DNA of 64,000 nucleotides from a virus (lineage: Duplodnaviria > Caudoviricetes). The notes beneath the pieces are model-generated. The model worked only from the letters and a program-made list of their open reading frames with translations, had not been told where the DNA came from and did no database searches. A program made the position numbers and the translations under genes. The DNA is taken from IMG/VR virus record IMGVR_UViG_3300020420_000671; one strand, written 5' to 3'. Of this stretch, positions 29,435 to 39,335 are shown in pieces (the stretch's first letter is position 1; every line of letters begins with the position of its first letter).

Positions 29435-31039
29435 ATGAGTGAAAAAGAATATGTTGTTACCTTAAACAAAGGTGTAGACTACTCACAATTCAATCAAGAA
29501 ATGATTGCTTCGACTGGAGCAGGAGATATTCCAGATAGAACTGTTGATGTAGCTAACGCTAGACACTTGTCTACAAGAAACACACACTACGCCTTAACAG
29601 ATGCTGAAGCTGTAGCATTAAGAAATGACGCAAGAGTGACTGACGTACAACTTCGTCCAGAAGACAGAGATGATATTGAAATTGGATATGATGCTATACA
29701 GACGGCAGATTTTAACAAATCATCTGCAGACTCAGGAGATTACAGAGACTGGGGTAAAATAAGACATAGCTTTGTAGAAAACAAATATGGAACATCAACT
29801 TCTTTAAGTTCAAATCCATTTGATAGACCTTATTCAATGGATGGAACTGGTGTAGACGTTGTTATACAAGATAGCGGTCTACAGGTAGACCATCCTGAAT
29901 TTAGAGATGCTGACGGAAACAGCAGAGTACAATTAATTGATTGGTTTGCTGAATCAGGAGTTACAGGATCACAAGATGCTAACCATTATAGAGATTATGA
30001 TGGACACGGTACACATTGCGGAGGAACAGCAACCGGATTAAATTTTGGTTGGGCCAGTAACGCTAGAGTGTATAGTGTTAAGGTAGGTGGATTGGAAGGT
30101 AGTGGAGATTCAGGAACAGGTATAAGTATCAGTAGTTGTTTTGATGTAATCAAAGGCTGGCATCAAAACAAACCGATTGATCCAAAGACAGGATATAAAC
30201 GTCCAACCATTGTAAATGCTAGTTGGGGTTACAGTGGAAACATAGGAAGTAGTTTTAGCAACATAGAAAGCTATGTGTATAGAGGAGTAACTTATAACTC
30301 AAGCACAGCAGGCTGGTCAAGCACAACAGCATATCATAGAGACACATATGGATTTTATCCTTATTATAGATTTCCAGTTTACAGATATCCATTAAGGGTA
30401 GCTGATGTTGATGCTGATGTACAAGATTGTATAGATGCTGGTGTACATATTTGTATAGCCGCAGGTAATAATAGTTTCAAAGCAGATACTTCCGTAGGGC
30501 CAGGAGTTGATTACGATAATGTAATTTTTTGGAGTGGTGGTTCAAACAATTACTATCACAGAGGCAGTTCACCTTTTGATGAAACAGCTAACATGGTAGG
30601 TTGTACAGATAGCACTCCTGAAAACGCAACAACAGAAAGAAAGACTAGTTTCAGCACAACAGGACCTGGGGTGTCAATATTTGCCGCTGGTGAAAATATT
30701 ATGAGCTGTTTCAGTACAACAAATAGATATACTGATGGTGCGTACTTTGGAGACAGCAGTTTCAGAGTAGGAAATATAAGCGGAACATCAATGGCATCAC
30801 CACAGGTATGCGGAGTGGGTGCTTTATATTTACAAGCTGATCCTAGCTTAACTCCAGCCCAATTGAAAAATAAATTAGAAAATGATGCCTTGGCAGTTTT
30901 GAAAGATGAATCAAACAACGCTAACTACGGTGACACAACAGATATATGTGGTGCTGAAAACAGAATGTTGTTTAATAGATACAATAGAGCAAATCCTTAT
31001 ACTAGTAACATATACGGTATGAGAAAAAAGAATAGGTAA
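29435..31039 (+). CDS. S8 (subtilisin-like) serine peptidase, probably virion-associated
   Basis: Catalytic triad VDVVIQDSG / HGTHCGG / SGTSMASPQV. Confidence 0.92.
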   Translation: MSEKEYVVTLNKGVDYSQFNQEMIASTGAGDIPDRTVDVANARHLSTRNTHYALTDAEAVALRNDARVTDVQLRPEDRDDIEIGYDAIQTADFNKSSADSGDYRDWGKIRHSFVENKYGTSTSLSSNPFDRPYSMDGTGVDVVIQDSGLQVDHPEFRDADGNSRVQLIDWFAESGVTGSQDANHYRDYDGHGTHCGGTATGLNFGWASNARVYSVKVGGLEGSGDSGTGISISSCFDVIKGWHQNKPIDPKTGYKRPTIVNASWGYSGNIGSSFSNIESYVYRGVTYNSSTAGWSSTTAYHRDTYGFYPYYRFPVYRYPLRVADVDADVQDCIDAGVHICIAAGNNSFKADTSVGPGVDYDNVIFWSGGSNNYYHRGSSPFDETANMVGCTDSTPENATTERKTSFSTTGPGVSIFAAGENIMSCFSTTNRYTDGAYFGDSSFRVGNISGTSMASPQVCGVGALYLQADPSLTPAQLKNKLENDALAVLKDESNNANYGDTTDICGAENRMLFNRYNRANPYTSNIYGMRKKNR

Positions 31040-31057
31040 ATACAGTAGGAAACAGAT

Positions 31058-31756
31058 ATGGCAATACAAACAGTAAACATAGGAACAATAGCAAACGACG
31101 GTACAGGTGATGACCTACGTGAAGCGTTTGTAAAAGTAAACAACAACTTCGCAGAACTAGATGCTAGAGATCCTGAAAAAACCACAGGTGCTAATCTTGG
31201 CACATCGGGTGAAGGAGTATTTGCTCAAGTAAGTGCCGCAGAGATGCAGTTTAAAAAATTAGTAGCTGGCACGGCCGTAAGTTTAGCAAGTGACAACAAC
31301 ACTATTACAATTAATTCTACAGCAACTGGCTTACCGCAATTACAGGTGTTTGCTGATAATACTAATGCTACTTTTGACGCTAACAATACAGCATTAACAC
31401 TAGCAGGTGGAAATTTAGTTACAACAAATTTAGTTGGAAGCACAATAACTATTACTTCAGAAACTTCGTTGTTTACAGACACAACTCCTAAACTTGCCGC
31501 AAACTTAGATGGACAACAAAAAGAAATCATTAATACAAGTGATATTAAAAGTACAATATATGGCGTCGATATTAGAAATATAAAAGATGTTGCTCCATAT
31601 TTAACTTTTGATCAAGGTCTTGCTTTTCCAACATCTTTCAGTAGTTCATTAGACTACCTAGTTGACGCCTTAAGCGTTGACTTTGACAACGGAACATCTA
31701 CATTTACAGCATCAGCATTACCTACCGCAGATATGGGTACACTTCCTACAGCATAA
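31058..31756 (+). CDS. Structural protein with gp9/gp10-like N-terminal anchor
   Basis: VNIGTIANDGTGDDLREAFVKVNNNFAEL; late TAAATA at 31037. Confidence 0.82.
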   Translation: MAIQTVNIGTIANDGTGDDLREAFVKVNNNFAELDARDPEKTTGANLGTSGEGVFAQVSAAEMQFKKLVAGTAVSLASDNNTITINSTATGLPQLQVFADNTNATFDANNTALTLAGGNLVTTNLVGSTITITSETSLFTDTTPKLAANLDGQQKEIINTSDIKSTIYGVDIRNIKDVAPYLTFDQGLAFPTSFSSSLDYLVDALSVDFDNGTSTFTASALPTADMGTLPTA

Positions 31757-31776
31757 ATATAGTATAGGAGTACAAA

Positions 31777-34734
31777 ATGTCTGAACTATGGACTGTAAAC
31801 ACAGGGCACAATCTCGGAACATATAACGAAAGCATTACGCAAACTATTGCTTTACCTATCAATACCGTAGATAGTCTAACATTAATAAGTGGCTCTCTTC
31901 CTGGCGGTTTACGAATAGCAAATAATAATAGTTTGATAGGAACTCCATATGAAGTAAAATCACTAAAAGAATTTCAGTTTGTTCTACGTGCTAGAAAAGG
32001 AAATACAATAGATGATAGAACATTTAATATCACAATCGACGGAGCAGATGCTCCTACTTGGGTAACCAATGAAGGTTCTTTACCATTAGGTCCTAATCAA
32101 AAATTTTATATACTAGATAGTAGTCCGGTTGATTTTCAACTACAGGTAATAGATCCTGATATACCAGCAGGAGATAATCTAGAATACTTTATAGCTGATG
32201 GAGATGGAGAATTACCTCCAGGTATAGAACTAGGAAATACAACAGGAAAACTTACAGGCATTGTTGAACCTTTGTTGGCATTAGAAAAAAGAGCCGCTTC
32301 TGGATTTTATGATTCAAATACATTTGGAGAATTTCCTTTTGATTTTGGTGTACAAAGTTTTAATGGTTATTCAAGTTTTTATTATGATACGAATTTTTAT
32401 GATTTTGCTATACCAACACAAAGTCCAAAAAAATTAAATAGATTCTATGATTTTACAGTTAGTGTTAGTGACGGAATAGTAATAGCCAAGAGACCATTTC
32501 AAATTTATCTTGTAGGTGATGATTTCCTTAGAACAGATAATACAATCATGCAGATAGGAACAGGATTATTTACAGCAGATAACACATTCCTAAGAGCTCC
32601 TGTTTGGTTGACTCCAAGTGATTTAGGATTTAGGAGAGCTAACAATTACGTTACTTTATTCTTAGATGTGTATGATCCTACAAGCAATCAAGGACTAATC
32701 AGTTTCACAGTAAAAAAAGCTAATCCAGATGGAACAGCAAGTGCTTTACCTCCAGGATTAAGTATTGATTCTACAACAGGCGAAATCGCAGGATTAGTTC
32801 CTTATCAACCTGCTGTTACAAAAGAATATAAATTTACTATTGAAGCTCTAAGACAACTTGGATCAGCCGCTAGTACATCTTTCCAATCATATTTCAATAA
32901 CATAGGCGTTGGCCAAACTTGGTCAGGAGAACAAAATGTTCCTTTCTTTAATTTTGCTGAACAAAACTTTATAGGACAAAACAACGAAACTGGTTGGATT
33001 GTTTTTAATTCTGTTCCTGTAACAACAGCAGATGCTAGTGATAATTCAAAATATACTCTACAAGGAGTAATTGATAAATCTGTTTGGGTGGTGAAAAATG
33101 GTAGAGTAGTTGGAACAGCAACTGATAAAACTTTAACAAGAGTAGAGCAAGGTGATAGTGATTTAATTAGATCGAGTTTTAAAGGCAGTATTACTGATGT
33201 TGGTTTTAGAACATTTGATGGTAACGGGGCAGTGACTTCCAACAAAGTAGTTACAATGTCCTTTTATGATTATGATGAAAGGATTACATCTGAAACAAAT
33301 CAGGTTATAGGAAAAGATAAAACCTTTACAGTAAAATTACTAGGAGAAGTAGAAAGTGTAATTACGTGGAATACAGCGAGTGATCTCGGAAACTTACGAG
33401 CAAACTTTATTTCAACTTTGTCAGTAAATGCTACAAGCACAGTACCTAATGCCATTTTAGTGTATTCATTAGATTCAGGTAGATTACCTCCTGGAATAAC
33501 ATTAGCTATTGATGGACAATTACAAGGAAAAGTTAGACAGTTTGGAGAAGTTGGTAAGCCCGGACTGACCACCATTGATAAAGCAACTGGAGCATTTACG
33601 TTAGACGGTGGTACAACAACACTTGATAGATCATATACGTTCACAGTTACAGCACAAGATCAATTTGGATTTAGTGCTACAACAAGAACGTTTACTATAT
33701 CAACAACTGATCCAGATGATTTGTTATATAGCAGTATCTCAATGGTACCATTAATGAAAAATACTGATAGATTAAGTTTTAGGAATTTTATATCTGATCC
33801 AAATATATTTCCTCCACAGGCAGTATACAGACCAAACGATCCTGCTTTTGGATTACAAGATCAAATCAAAGCATTAGCATACGCAGGAATTGAAACAAAA
33901 GAGGTACAAGAATTTGTTGGAGCTGTGGCGAAAAATCATCTAAAGAAACAATACAAGTTCGGAGCAGTAAAAAAAGCTGTGGCGAAAAATGTTGGCTCTA
34001 ATGACACAGTATATGAAGTTATCTATGTTGAACTAGTTGATCCTTCGGAGCCTACAGCAGGAGAGACAAAAGAACAGTTTATCACAACAACTTCTAAAAA
34101 CGTTACGGTTGATAGTGTTCAGTTTGAGGTTAATGATGATAACACTGGTGTAGGTACTGGACAAGGATTTTTTGACATAGGACTAAGAGGTGGGGCAGGA
34201 AAATCGCCTGCTTCTACAGGAACAATAACAATCTTTGCTAGAACATCTCCGTTATTGTTTACTCCAGGAAATCAAATTACAGTTACAGATCAATCAGGCA
34301 ATGTTATTGTTGTTGCTGATATAGATGACAGTATTAACAGTGATCCTCTTAGACTTCGTCCAATTACTAATACGATTAAGATTGATAGTAATGCTATTAA
34401 GATAAGCGATAGTGCTGATCAAAGAAAGTACATCAGTAATATAACAAATATGAGAAAACGTATTAGAGCATTAGGAAATAATTTAAGAGAATTTTATCCA
34501 TTATGGATGCGAACATCACAAGCAACTGGCCAAGCTGAATTAGGTTTTATTTTAGCAGTACCTTTGGTGTATTGTAAACCAGGACAAGCTGATGCTGTTT
34601 TACTAAACATAACAAACAGTAATTTTGATTTTAAAAAATTAAACATAGAAATAGATCGTTATAACATAGACTCAACAAAAAATAACAGTAATGAACAATA
34701 CATCAAATTTGCTGATTTCCAATTTAACGTCTAA
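31777..34734 (+). CDS. Putative Ig-domain structural (baseplate/tail) protein
   Basis: Repeated G.LP.GL.L...TG.I.G and Y.FTV.A.D Ig-like modules; TAAATA at 31754. Confidence 0.78.
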   Translation: MSELWTVNTGHNLGTYNESITQTIALPINTVDSLTLISGSLPGGLRIANNNSLIGTPYEVKSLKEFQFVLRARKGNTIDDRTFNITIDGADAPTWVTNEGSLPLGPNQKFYILDSSPVDFQLQVIDPDIPAGDNLEYFIADGDGELPPGIELGNTTGKLTGIVEPLLALEKRAASGFYDSNTFGEFPFDFGVQSFNGYSSFYYDTNFYDFAIPTQSPKKLNRFYDFTVSVSDGIVIAKRPFQIYLVGDDFLRTDNTIMQIGTGLFTADNTFLRAPVWLTPSDLGFRRANNYVTLFLDVYDPTSNQGLISFTVKKANPDGTASALPPGLSIDSTTGEIAGLVPYQPAVTKEYKFTIEALRQLGSAASTSFQSYFNNIGVGQTWSGEQNVPFFNFAEQNFIGQNNETGWIVFNSVPVTTADASDNSKYTLQGVIDKSVWVVKNGRVVGTATDKTLTRVEQGDSDLIRSSFKGSITDVGFRTFDGNGAVTSNKVVTMSFYDYDERITSETNQVIGKDKTFTVKLLGEVESVITWNTASDLGNLRANFISTLSVNATSTVPNAILVYSLDSGRLPPGITLAIDGQLQGKVRQFGEVGKPGLTTIDKATGAFTLDGGTTTLDRSYTFTVTAQDQFGFSATTRTFTISTTDPDDLLYSSISMVPLMKNTDRLSFRNFISDPNIFPPQAVYRPNDPAFGLQDQIKALAYAGIETKEVQEFVGAVAKNHLKKQYKFGAVKKAVAKNVGSNDTVYEVIYVELVDPSEPTAGETKEQFITTTSKNVTVDSVQFEVNDDNTGVGTGQGFFDIGLRGGAGKSPASTGTITIFARTSPLLFTPGNQITVTDQSGNVIVVADIDDSINSDPLRLRPITNTIKIDSNAIKISDSADQRKYISNITNMRKRIRALGNNLREFYPLWMRTSQATGQAELGFILAVPLVYCKPGQADAVLLNITNSNFDFKKLNIEIDRYNIDSTKNNSNEQYIKFADFQFNV

Positions 34735-34757
34735 TAAATATTTTGTTGGAGTAACAT

Positions 34758-35507
34758 ATGGCTGGTATTAGCAAGTCCCAAAAATTAGAATTATCAAACA
34801 TAGCTGTAGAACTAGATAAAGAAGAAGTTGGTTTAATAAGATACGTCCTTGAGAATTATTTCACAATGACTTCTGTAGCTAGATTGGTGAATACTTTAAA
34901 GTCCTGTAAATATGCTGTAGAAAATAATATCCCTGGAGATTTTGTTGAATGTGGAGTATGGCGAGGCGGACATGGAATATTAGCAAAGAAAATATTTGAA
35001 CGCATGGGGTCTAACAAAAAAGTTTGGATGTATGATACATTTGAAGGAATGGCAGAACCAACAGAATTTGATGTCAATGCTCGGACTAAAGAAAAGGCCA
35101 CTGTTAAATATCATCAAACCAAAACAGAGACGCATGTTGATTGGTGTTACGCATCTTTAGAAGATGTCAAGAAATGTTGTCAGGTATCTGGTTTAGACAT
35201 AAATGCAGTTACGTTTATAAAAGGAGACGTGTGCGAAACACTTAAAGATCCTATCAATAGACCGACACAGATAAGTGTGCTTAGATTGGACACTGATTGG
35301 TATCAATCTACTAAAACAGAATTACATTGGTTGTATCCTGTTTTAAGCAATAATGGTGTGCTTATTATCGATGATTATGGGCATTGGCAAGGATCTCGTA
35401 AGGCAGTAGACGAATATTTCGCCAAAAATCCATATAAACCTTTGTTTAACGTAGTAGACTTTACTGGACGTTCAGCAATTAAGATAAATAATATGACAGG
35501 AGAATAG
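34758..35507 (+). CDS. TylF/MycF/NovP-family O-methyltransferase
   Basis: PGDFVECGVWRGG, DTFEGM, LRLDTDWYQST, IIDDYGHWQGSRKAVDEY. Confidence 0.92.
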   Translation: MAGISKSQKLELSNIAVELDKEEVGLIRYVLENYFTMTSVARLVNTLKSCKYAVENNIPGDFVECGVWRGGHGILAKKIFERMGSNKKVWMYDTFEGMAEPTEFDVNARTKEKATVKYHQTKTETHVDWCYASLEDVKKCCQVSGLDINAVTFIKGDVCETLKDPINRPTQISVLRLDTDWYQSTKTELHWLYPVLSNNGVLIIDDYGHWQGSRKAVDEYFAKNPYKPLFNVVDFTGRSAIKINNMTGE

Positions 35508-35508
35508 C

Positions 35509-36081
35509 ATGGCTAGTAATATAAATGATACAGGTGTAAACAAAGATTACCCAGTAGCAGGTCAAGATAACGATTCACAGGGCTTTAGAGATAACTTTAA
35601 TGTTATCAAGGACAATTTTGTAGCCGCAAAAAGCGAGATAGAAACCCTACAAACAAACACAGCAAAGCTAAACGCTTCTAATAATTTTCTTGGCAACAAT
35701 ATTCAAAACGCAAACTTCATTGACAATAGCTATGGTTATTTTGCTGGAGGTACTGTAAACTCTAGTCAAAACGTAAACTATAGTAACGGTAATTTTCAAT
35801 CTTTTACTGTTGGCGCAGATATTACATTAACATTAACTGAGTGGCCGGCAACTACTAAAGCAGGTGTTGTAAGAGTGTATGTCAACAATGACGGAGTGCA
35901 AAGAACAATTACCTTTGCTTCTAATGCTGGCGCTGGAACTTTAAAAAAGAGCAGTGACTGGTCAGGCGCAGGGAATACATTTGTAATAGATACTCCGAAC
36001 ACAAGAACTTACGTTTTTGAATTCATTAGTTACGACGCTGGAGCAACTGTATTCGCAGATTACATCGGTTACTTTGAATAA
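35509..36081 (+). CDS. Virion structural protein
   Basis: YPVAGQDNDSQGFRDNF..IK.NF..AK.EI..LQ N-terminus; TAAATA at 35485. Confidence 0.7.
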   Translation: MASNINDTGVNKDYPVAGQDNDSQGFRDNFNVIKDNFVAAKSEIETLQTNTAKLNASNNFLGNNIQNANFIDNSYGYFAGGTVNSSQNVNYSNGNFQSFTVGADITLTLTEWPATTKAGVVRVYVNNDGVQRTITFASNAGAGTLKKSSDWSGAGNTFVIDTPNTRTYVFEFISYDAGATVFADYIGYFE

Positions 36082-36311
36082 TGATTCATCCATTTAGCGA
36101 AGATACTGCTAATATGTCTGTATCCGATATACACGAAAAACTTGCCGAACTATCCAAAAAATACTTCCAAACCCAAAATCCACAGGTAAGAGAACAATTA
36201 CAAACATTTATTGAATTCTATAAGCAAGAAGCTAGAATAAAAGAAGAAAAAGAAAAACAACAAGAACAAAATGGCGATTTAGATCTTGACAATTTGATCA
36301 ATATATCGTAA
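36081..36311 (+). CDS. Hypothetical protein
   Basis: 76 aa, coupled to the previous gene. Confidence 0.7.
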   Translation: MIHPFSEDTANMSVSDIHEKLAELSKKYFQTQNPQVREQLQTFIEFYKQEARIKEEKEKQQEQNGDLDLDNLINIS

Positions 36312-36314
36312 AAT
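36286..36314 (+). promoter_or_regulatory. Sigma70-type promoter of the dnaE fragment
   Basis: TTGACA-N17-TAAAAT, 7 nt before the ATG. Confidence 0.75.
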
Positions 36315-36321
36315 ACAATTA

Positions 36322-36843
36322 ATGCTAATGAAAACAGACAATTTTGGAATTCCCAGATTCACGAGCGAGGATCTAATAGATTTAATCTATGAAGGTAATA
36401 TTAATAAGTGCCACACAGTTCTATGTGATCCTAGTGACGATATAGATAGATTTAACACACTAGCAGAACACTCTGGTATTCCTAAATTAAAAAAATATAA
36501 AGAGATAGATGTATCAAAAGAACAGTTTGACGAAGTGTGTCAAAATGAATGGTTCATGCCAGATTATTACAAAACACTAGATATAGAGAAATACGTAAAA
36601 GATAAGTGTAAAGATCAACAAGAAATTGATAGAGTAGAAAAAGAACTAATAGAGTATAAAAAAAGACAGATGTACAATCTTCTTAGATACATGGTTTATC
36701 TAGTTGACTTTATGAGAGAAAACCACATAGTGTGGGGTGTAGGAAGAGGTTCGAGTGTAGCCAGTTATATACTATATTTAATTGGTATACATAAAGTTAA
36801 TTCGATCCAATATGAGCTAGATTACACCGAGTTCTTGAGATAA
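36322..36843 (+). CDS. dnaE: DNA polymerase III alpha subunit fragment (split family C polymerase)
   Basis: ELIEYKKR...YMVYLVDFMR...VWGVGRGSSVASYILYLIGIHKVNSIQY.L...EFLR. Confidence 0.82.
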   Translation: MLMKTDNFGIPRFTSEDLIDLIYEGNINKCHTVLCDPSDDIDRFNTLAEHSGIPKLKKYKEIDVSKEQFDEVCQNEWFMPDYYKTLDIEKYVKDKCKDQQEIDRVEKELIEYKKRQMYNLLRYMVYLVDFMRENHIVWGVGRGSSVASYILYLIGIHKVNSIQYELDYTEFLR

Positions 36844-36870
36844 GTACATATATAATAAAGGAGGTCAGTT

Positions 36871-37263
36871 ATGGCAGTCAGACAAACAGGTAGAAAACAA
36901 TACCGTACAATGCAAGGTAAGAACATTGATATGGATCTTCTACGCCAGAGAAATGAACTTACTCCAGCAGTTGGCAACGTAAGAGTTAACGCTAGAGGAG
37001 ATGAATTAGGTCCAGGCGGAAAGATCGTTAGAAAACGTGAAGATGTCCTTAGAGACTATTACGAAGATAATGTTCCTGCTACAGAGTTTGAAACTCCAGC
37101 TACTTCAGTCAAAGAAGAAGCCGATGAAGCTCCAGCAGTACAAGTAGAAGAAGTTAAAAAATCTTCGAGTGTAAAAACAAAGTCTGGAAAAACAAAAGCT
37201 GAAACAGCTGAAGAAGATTGGGTAGAAGACAAAGACGGCAATTTTGTTAAAAGAGGTGCGTAA
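36871..37263 (+). CDS. Hypothetical protein
   Basis: SD AAGGAGG; TAAGTA late-like motif at 36841. Confidence 0.8.
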   Translation: MAVRQTGRKQYRTMQGKNIDMDLLRQRNELTPAVGNVRVNARGDELGPGGKIVRKREDVLRDYYEDNVPATEFETPATSVKEEADEAPAVQVEEVKKSSSVKTKSGKTKAETAEEDWVEDKDGNFVKRGA

Positions 37264-37661
37264 TGGCAACTAATCTACATACTATACAGGGAGACCTTAC
37301 CCCTGTTAAAAATAGAGTCTTGGTAAGAGATATGTATTTTGGAGAGCAAAAGACAGCAGGTGGTTTAATTATCTCAAATGATGACGGAACCACAAGAGGT
37401 ATATATCCTAGATGGGCAAAAGTTTATGCCAAAGGTCCAACTAATAATGATGACTATAATAATGGTGATTGGATATTAGTTGAACATGGTAGATGGACTA
37501 GAGGAGTAAAAATCAATAACGGCAATGAGGAAATTGAACTTAGAATGGTAGAAGCTGAAAGTGTTCTAGCAGTAAGTGAGGAGAAACCTACGGACGCTAT
37601 TATTGGTAAGGAGTACTCCGACGGACCTGTAGATATTAGACCAGAAGAATTTACAAGGTGA
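37263..37661 (+). CDS. groES: Co-chaperonin GroES (T4 gp31-like role)
   Basis: PVKNRVLV...KTAGGLII mobile loop...VYAKGP...GDWIL. Confidence 0.88.
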   Translation: MATNLHTIQGDLTPVKNRVLVRDMYFGEQKTAGGLIISNDDGTTRGIYPRWAKVYAKGPTNNDDYNNGDWILVEHGRWTRGVKINNGNEEIELRMVEAESVLAVSEEKPTDAIIGKEYSDGPVDIRPEEFTR

Positions 37662-38125
37662 TTGAATTGATAGATTTAGAAACTGTTCGTAGGAACATAC
37701 CAGAAGAAAAAAGCACAGACAAGATTGATCTAAACAAGTATAAAAACTTTGTACAAGAAGTGACGTCTGCGGAATCAAATAATAGTTCATTTATGACTGA
37801 AAGAATTAAGCAACTTGAATTCGATTCCAAAACAAATATAGCTTTACTGATGACAGGAGCAATTGGTATAGCATCAGAAGGAGGCGAATTTGCTGAAATT
37901 ATTAAAAAATGTGTATTTCAAGGTAAGCCTATGGACGACGATACCAAATATCATATTAAGCGAGAACTTGGCGATATTATTTGGTATTGGATTAATTCAT
38001 GTAGAGCATTGGATTTAGATCCAAATGAAGTTATAAAAGAAAATGTTAACAAACTTAAGGCAAGATATCCAGGCGGTGAATTTGATGTACACTATTCCGA
38101 AAATAGAAAACAAGGTGATTTATAG
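37658..38125 (+). CDS. mazG: MazG-like nucleotide pyrophosphohydrolase
   Basis: GIASEGGEFAEIIKK...RELGDIIWY...NVNKLKARYP. Confidence 0.9.
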   Translation: MIELIDLETVRRNIPEEKSTDKIDLNKYKNFVQEVTSAESNNSSFMTERIKQLEFDSKTNIALLMTGAIGIASEGGEFAEIIKKCVFQGKPMDDDTKYHIKRELGDIIWYWINSCRALDLDPNEVIKENVNKLKARYPGGEFDVHYSENRKQGDL

Positions 38126-38135
38126 CCAAAAGTAG

Positions 38136-38164
38136 TTGACATTCCGAGTTGTTTATGTTATTAT
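38136..38164 (+). promoter_or_regulatory. Sigma70-type promoter
   Basis: TTGACA-N17-TATTAT with extended TG. Confidence 0.8.
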
Positions 38165-38184
38165 AAACAAAATAGGAGTGTATA

Positions 38185-38349
38185 ATGAAGTTTCCAAAAC
38201 CACAATCAAGCGGCATTGGTACAACTGGAGTTGTAGGTGTTGCTTTAATGACTTTACATTTAATTGGCATGATAGAAGGCTGGGGTTGGCCTATACTTTA
38301 TATTCTACTAATCCTCATAGCAATGGGACAGGAGAATAGGAAAGGATAA
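38185..38349 (+). CDS. Small two-TM membrane protein
   Basis: Manual: MKFPKPQSSGIGTTGVVGVALMTLHLIGMIEGWGWPILYILLILIAMGQENRKG; SD AGGAG. Confidence 0.7.
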   Translation: MKFPKPQSSGIGTTGVVGVALMTLHLIGMIEGWGWPILYILLILIAMGQENRKG

Positions 38350-39023
38350 TGGGTAAAAGTGTTTACGACATAATTAAAAGACGTAAGCATGTGGTTCATT
38401 ACGACATGAATAAAATTCCATCTAAAGTAGAGATATTGAAATGTTTAAGAGCGTCATGGTCAATGACTCCTTCAAAACAAAACTGCCATCCTTATAGTAT
38501 TAATATATTAGGTCCGGAACACAAAGAACAAAAAATTAAACTATGGAATTTAGTAAAAGATAATCATTTTACAATGGAAGAAAAAGGTGTAAAAGTAGGA
38601 ATGATAGACGAAGTAAGCGGTAGCATTAATCCTTACTATTATCATATAAGGAAAAATCCTTACACACTTATCATTACACCAAGGCTAGTTCTAAAACAAA
38701 ATGAACATTATACAAGGAAGATTAAAGGGGGACATTACATGGAGCAGATGGACCCTGTTAGAATGGAAAACAGAAAAGATATAAATGCTATCTCAGTTGA
38801 GGTAGGTATGTTTGCGGCAAATCTCTGTTCAATATTAATGGAGCGTGGTTTGGATATATCATATACAAATTGCTTTCCAACTGATATAAAACATTGGAAA
38901 GAATTTCCTTTTATAAAGTATGCTCCTGTTCTACTAGTTAGTATAGGAAAGGCTGAAAATTATAGGGGCCGTGTCCAAGGAGATACAAAAGCTCCCTTTG
39001 AAGATATAATAGAATGGAGGTAG
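38349..39023 (+). CDS. Nitroreductase-family protein
   Basis: IIKRRKHVVHYD...P...TPSKQNCHPY...AISVEVG...GLDISYT...LLVSIG. Confidence 0.72.
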   Translation: MGKSVYDIIKRRKHVVHYDMNKIPSKVEILKCLRASWSMTPSKQNCHPYSINILGPEHKEQKIKLWNLVKDNHFTMEEKGVKVGMIDEVSGSINPYYYHIRKNPYTLIITPRLVLKQNEHYTRKIKGGHYMEQMDPVRMENRKDINAISVEVGMFAANLCSILMERGLDISYTNCFPTDIKHWKEFPFIKYAPVLLVSIGKAENYRGRVQGDTKAPFEDIIEWR

Positions 39024-39335
39024 AATGAAAAAATATAAAAGAAATTGGTTAGAAAGAAAACTTGATGAATACAATCATACTATGGAATTAATTAGAACAA
39101 TTCTGCCGATTGCTATATTGATCATACAAGTTATAATATTATTGAAGGTTTTATGATAGAAGAAATACTTAAAGATTTAAAAGCATTAAGAGATGAGATG
39201 TTATCAGTAAACTGGCCTGCTCAGAGATTAAGTAATATTATTACAATATATGAGATAAAGTTACAAGAGCAAAAAAGTGAAAGTCAAAAATTACAGGATG
39301 ATTTAGAGCCTATAGAATAAGGTACAGGAGATAGT

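Noticed and set aside
19304-36002. Many minus-strand ORFs opposite the tail genes
   Set aside because: Shadow ORFs caused by codon bias of long + strand genes; they have no SD or promoter and low-complexity translations.
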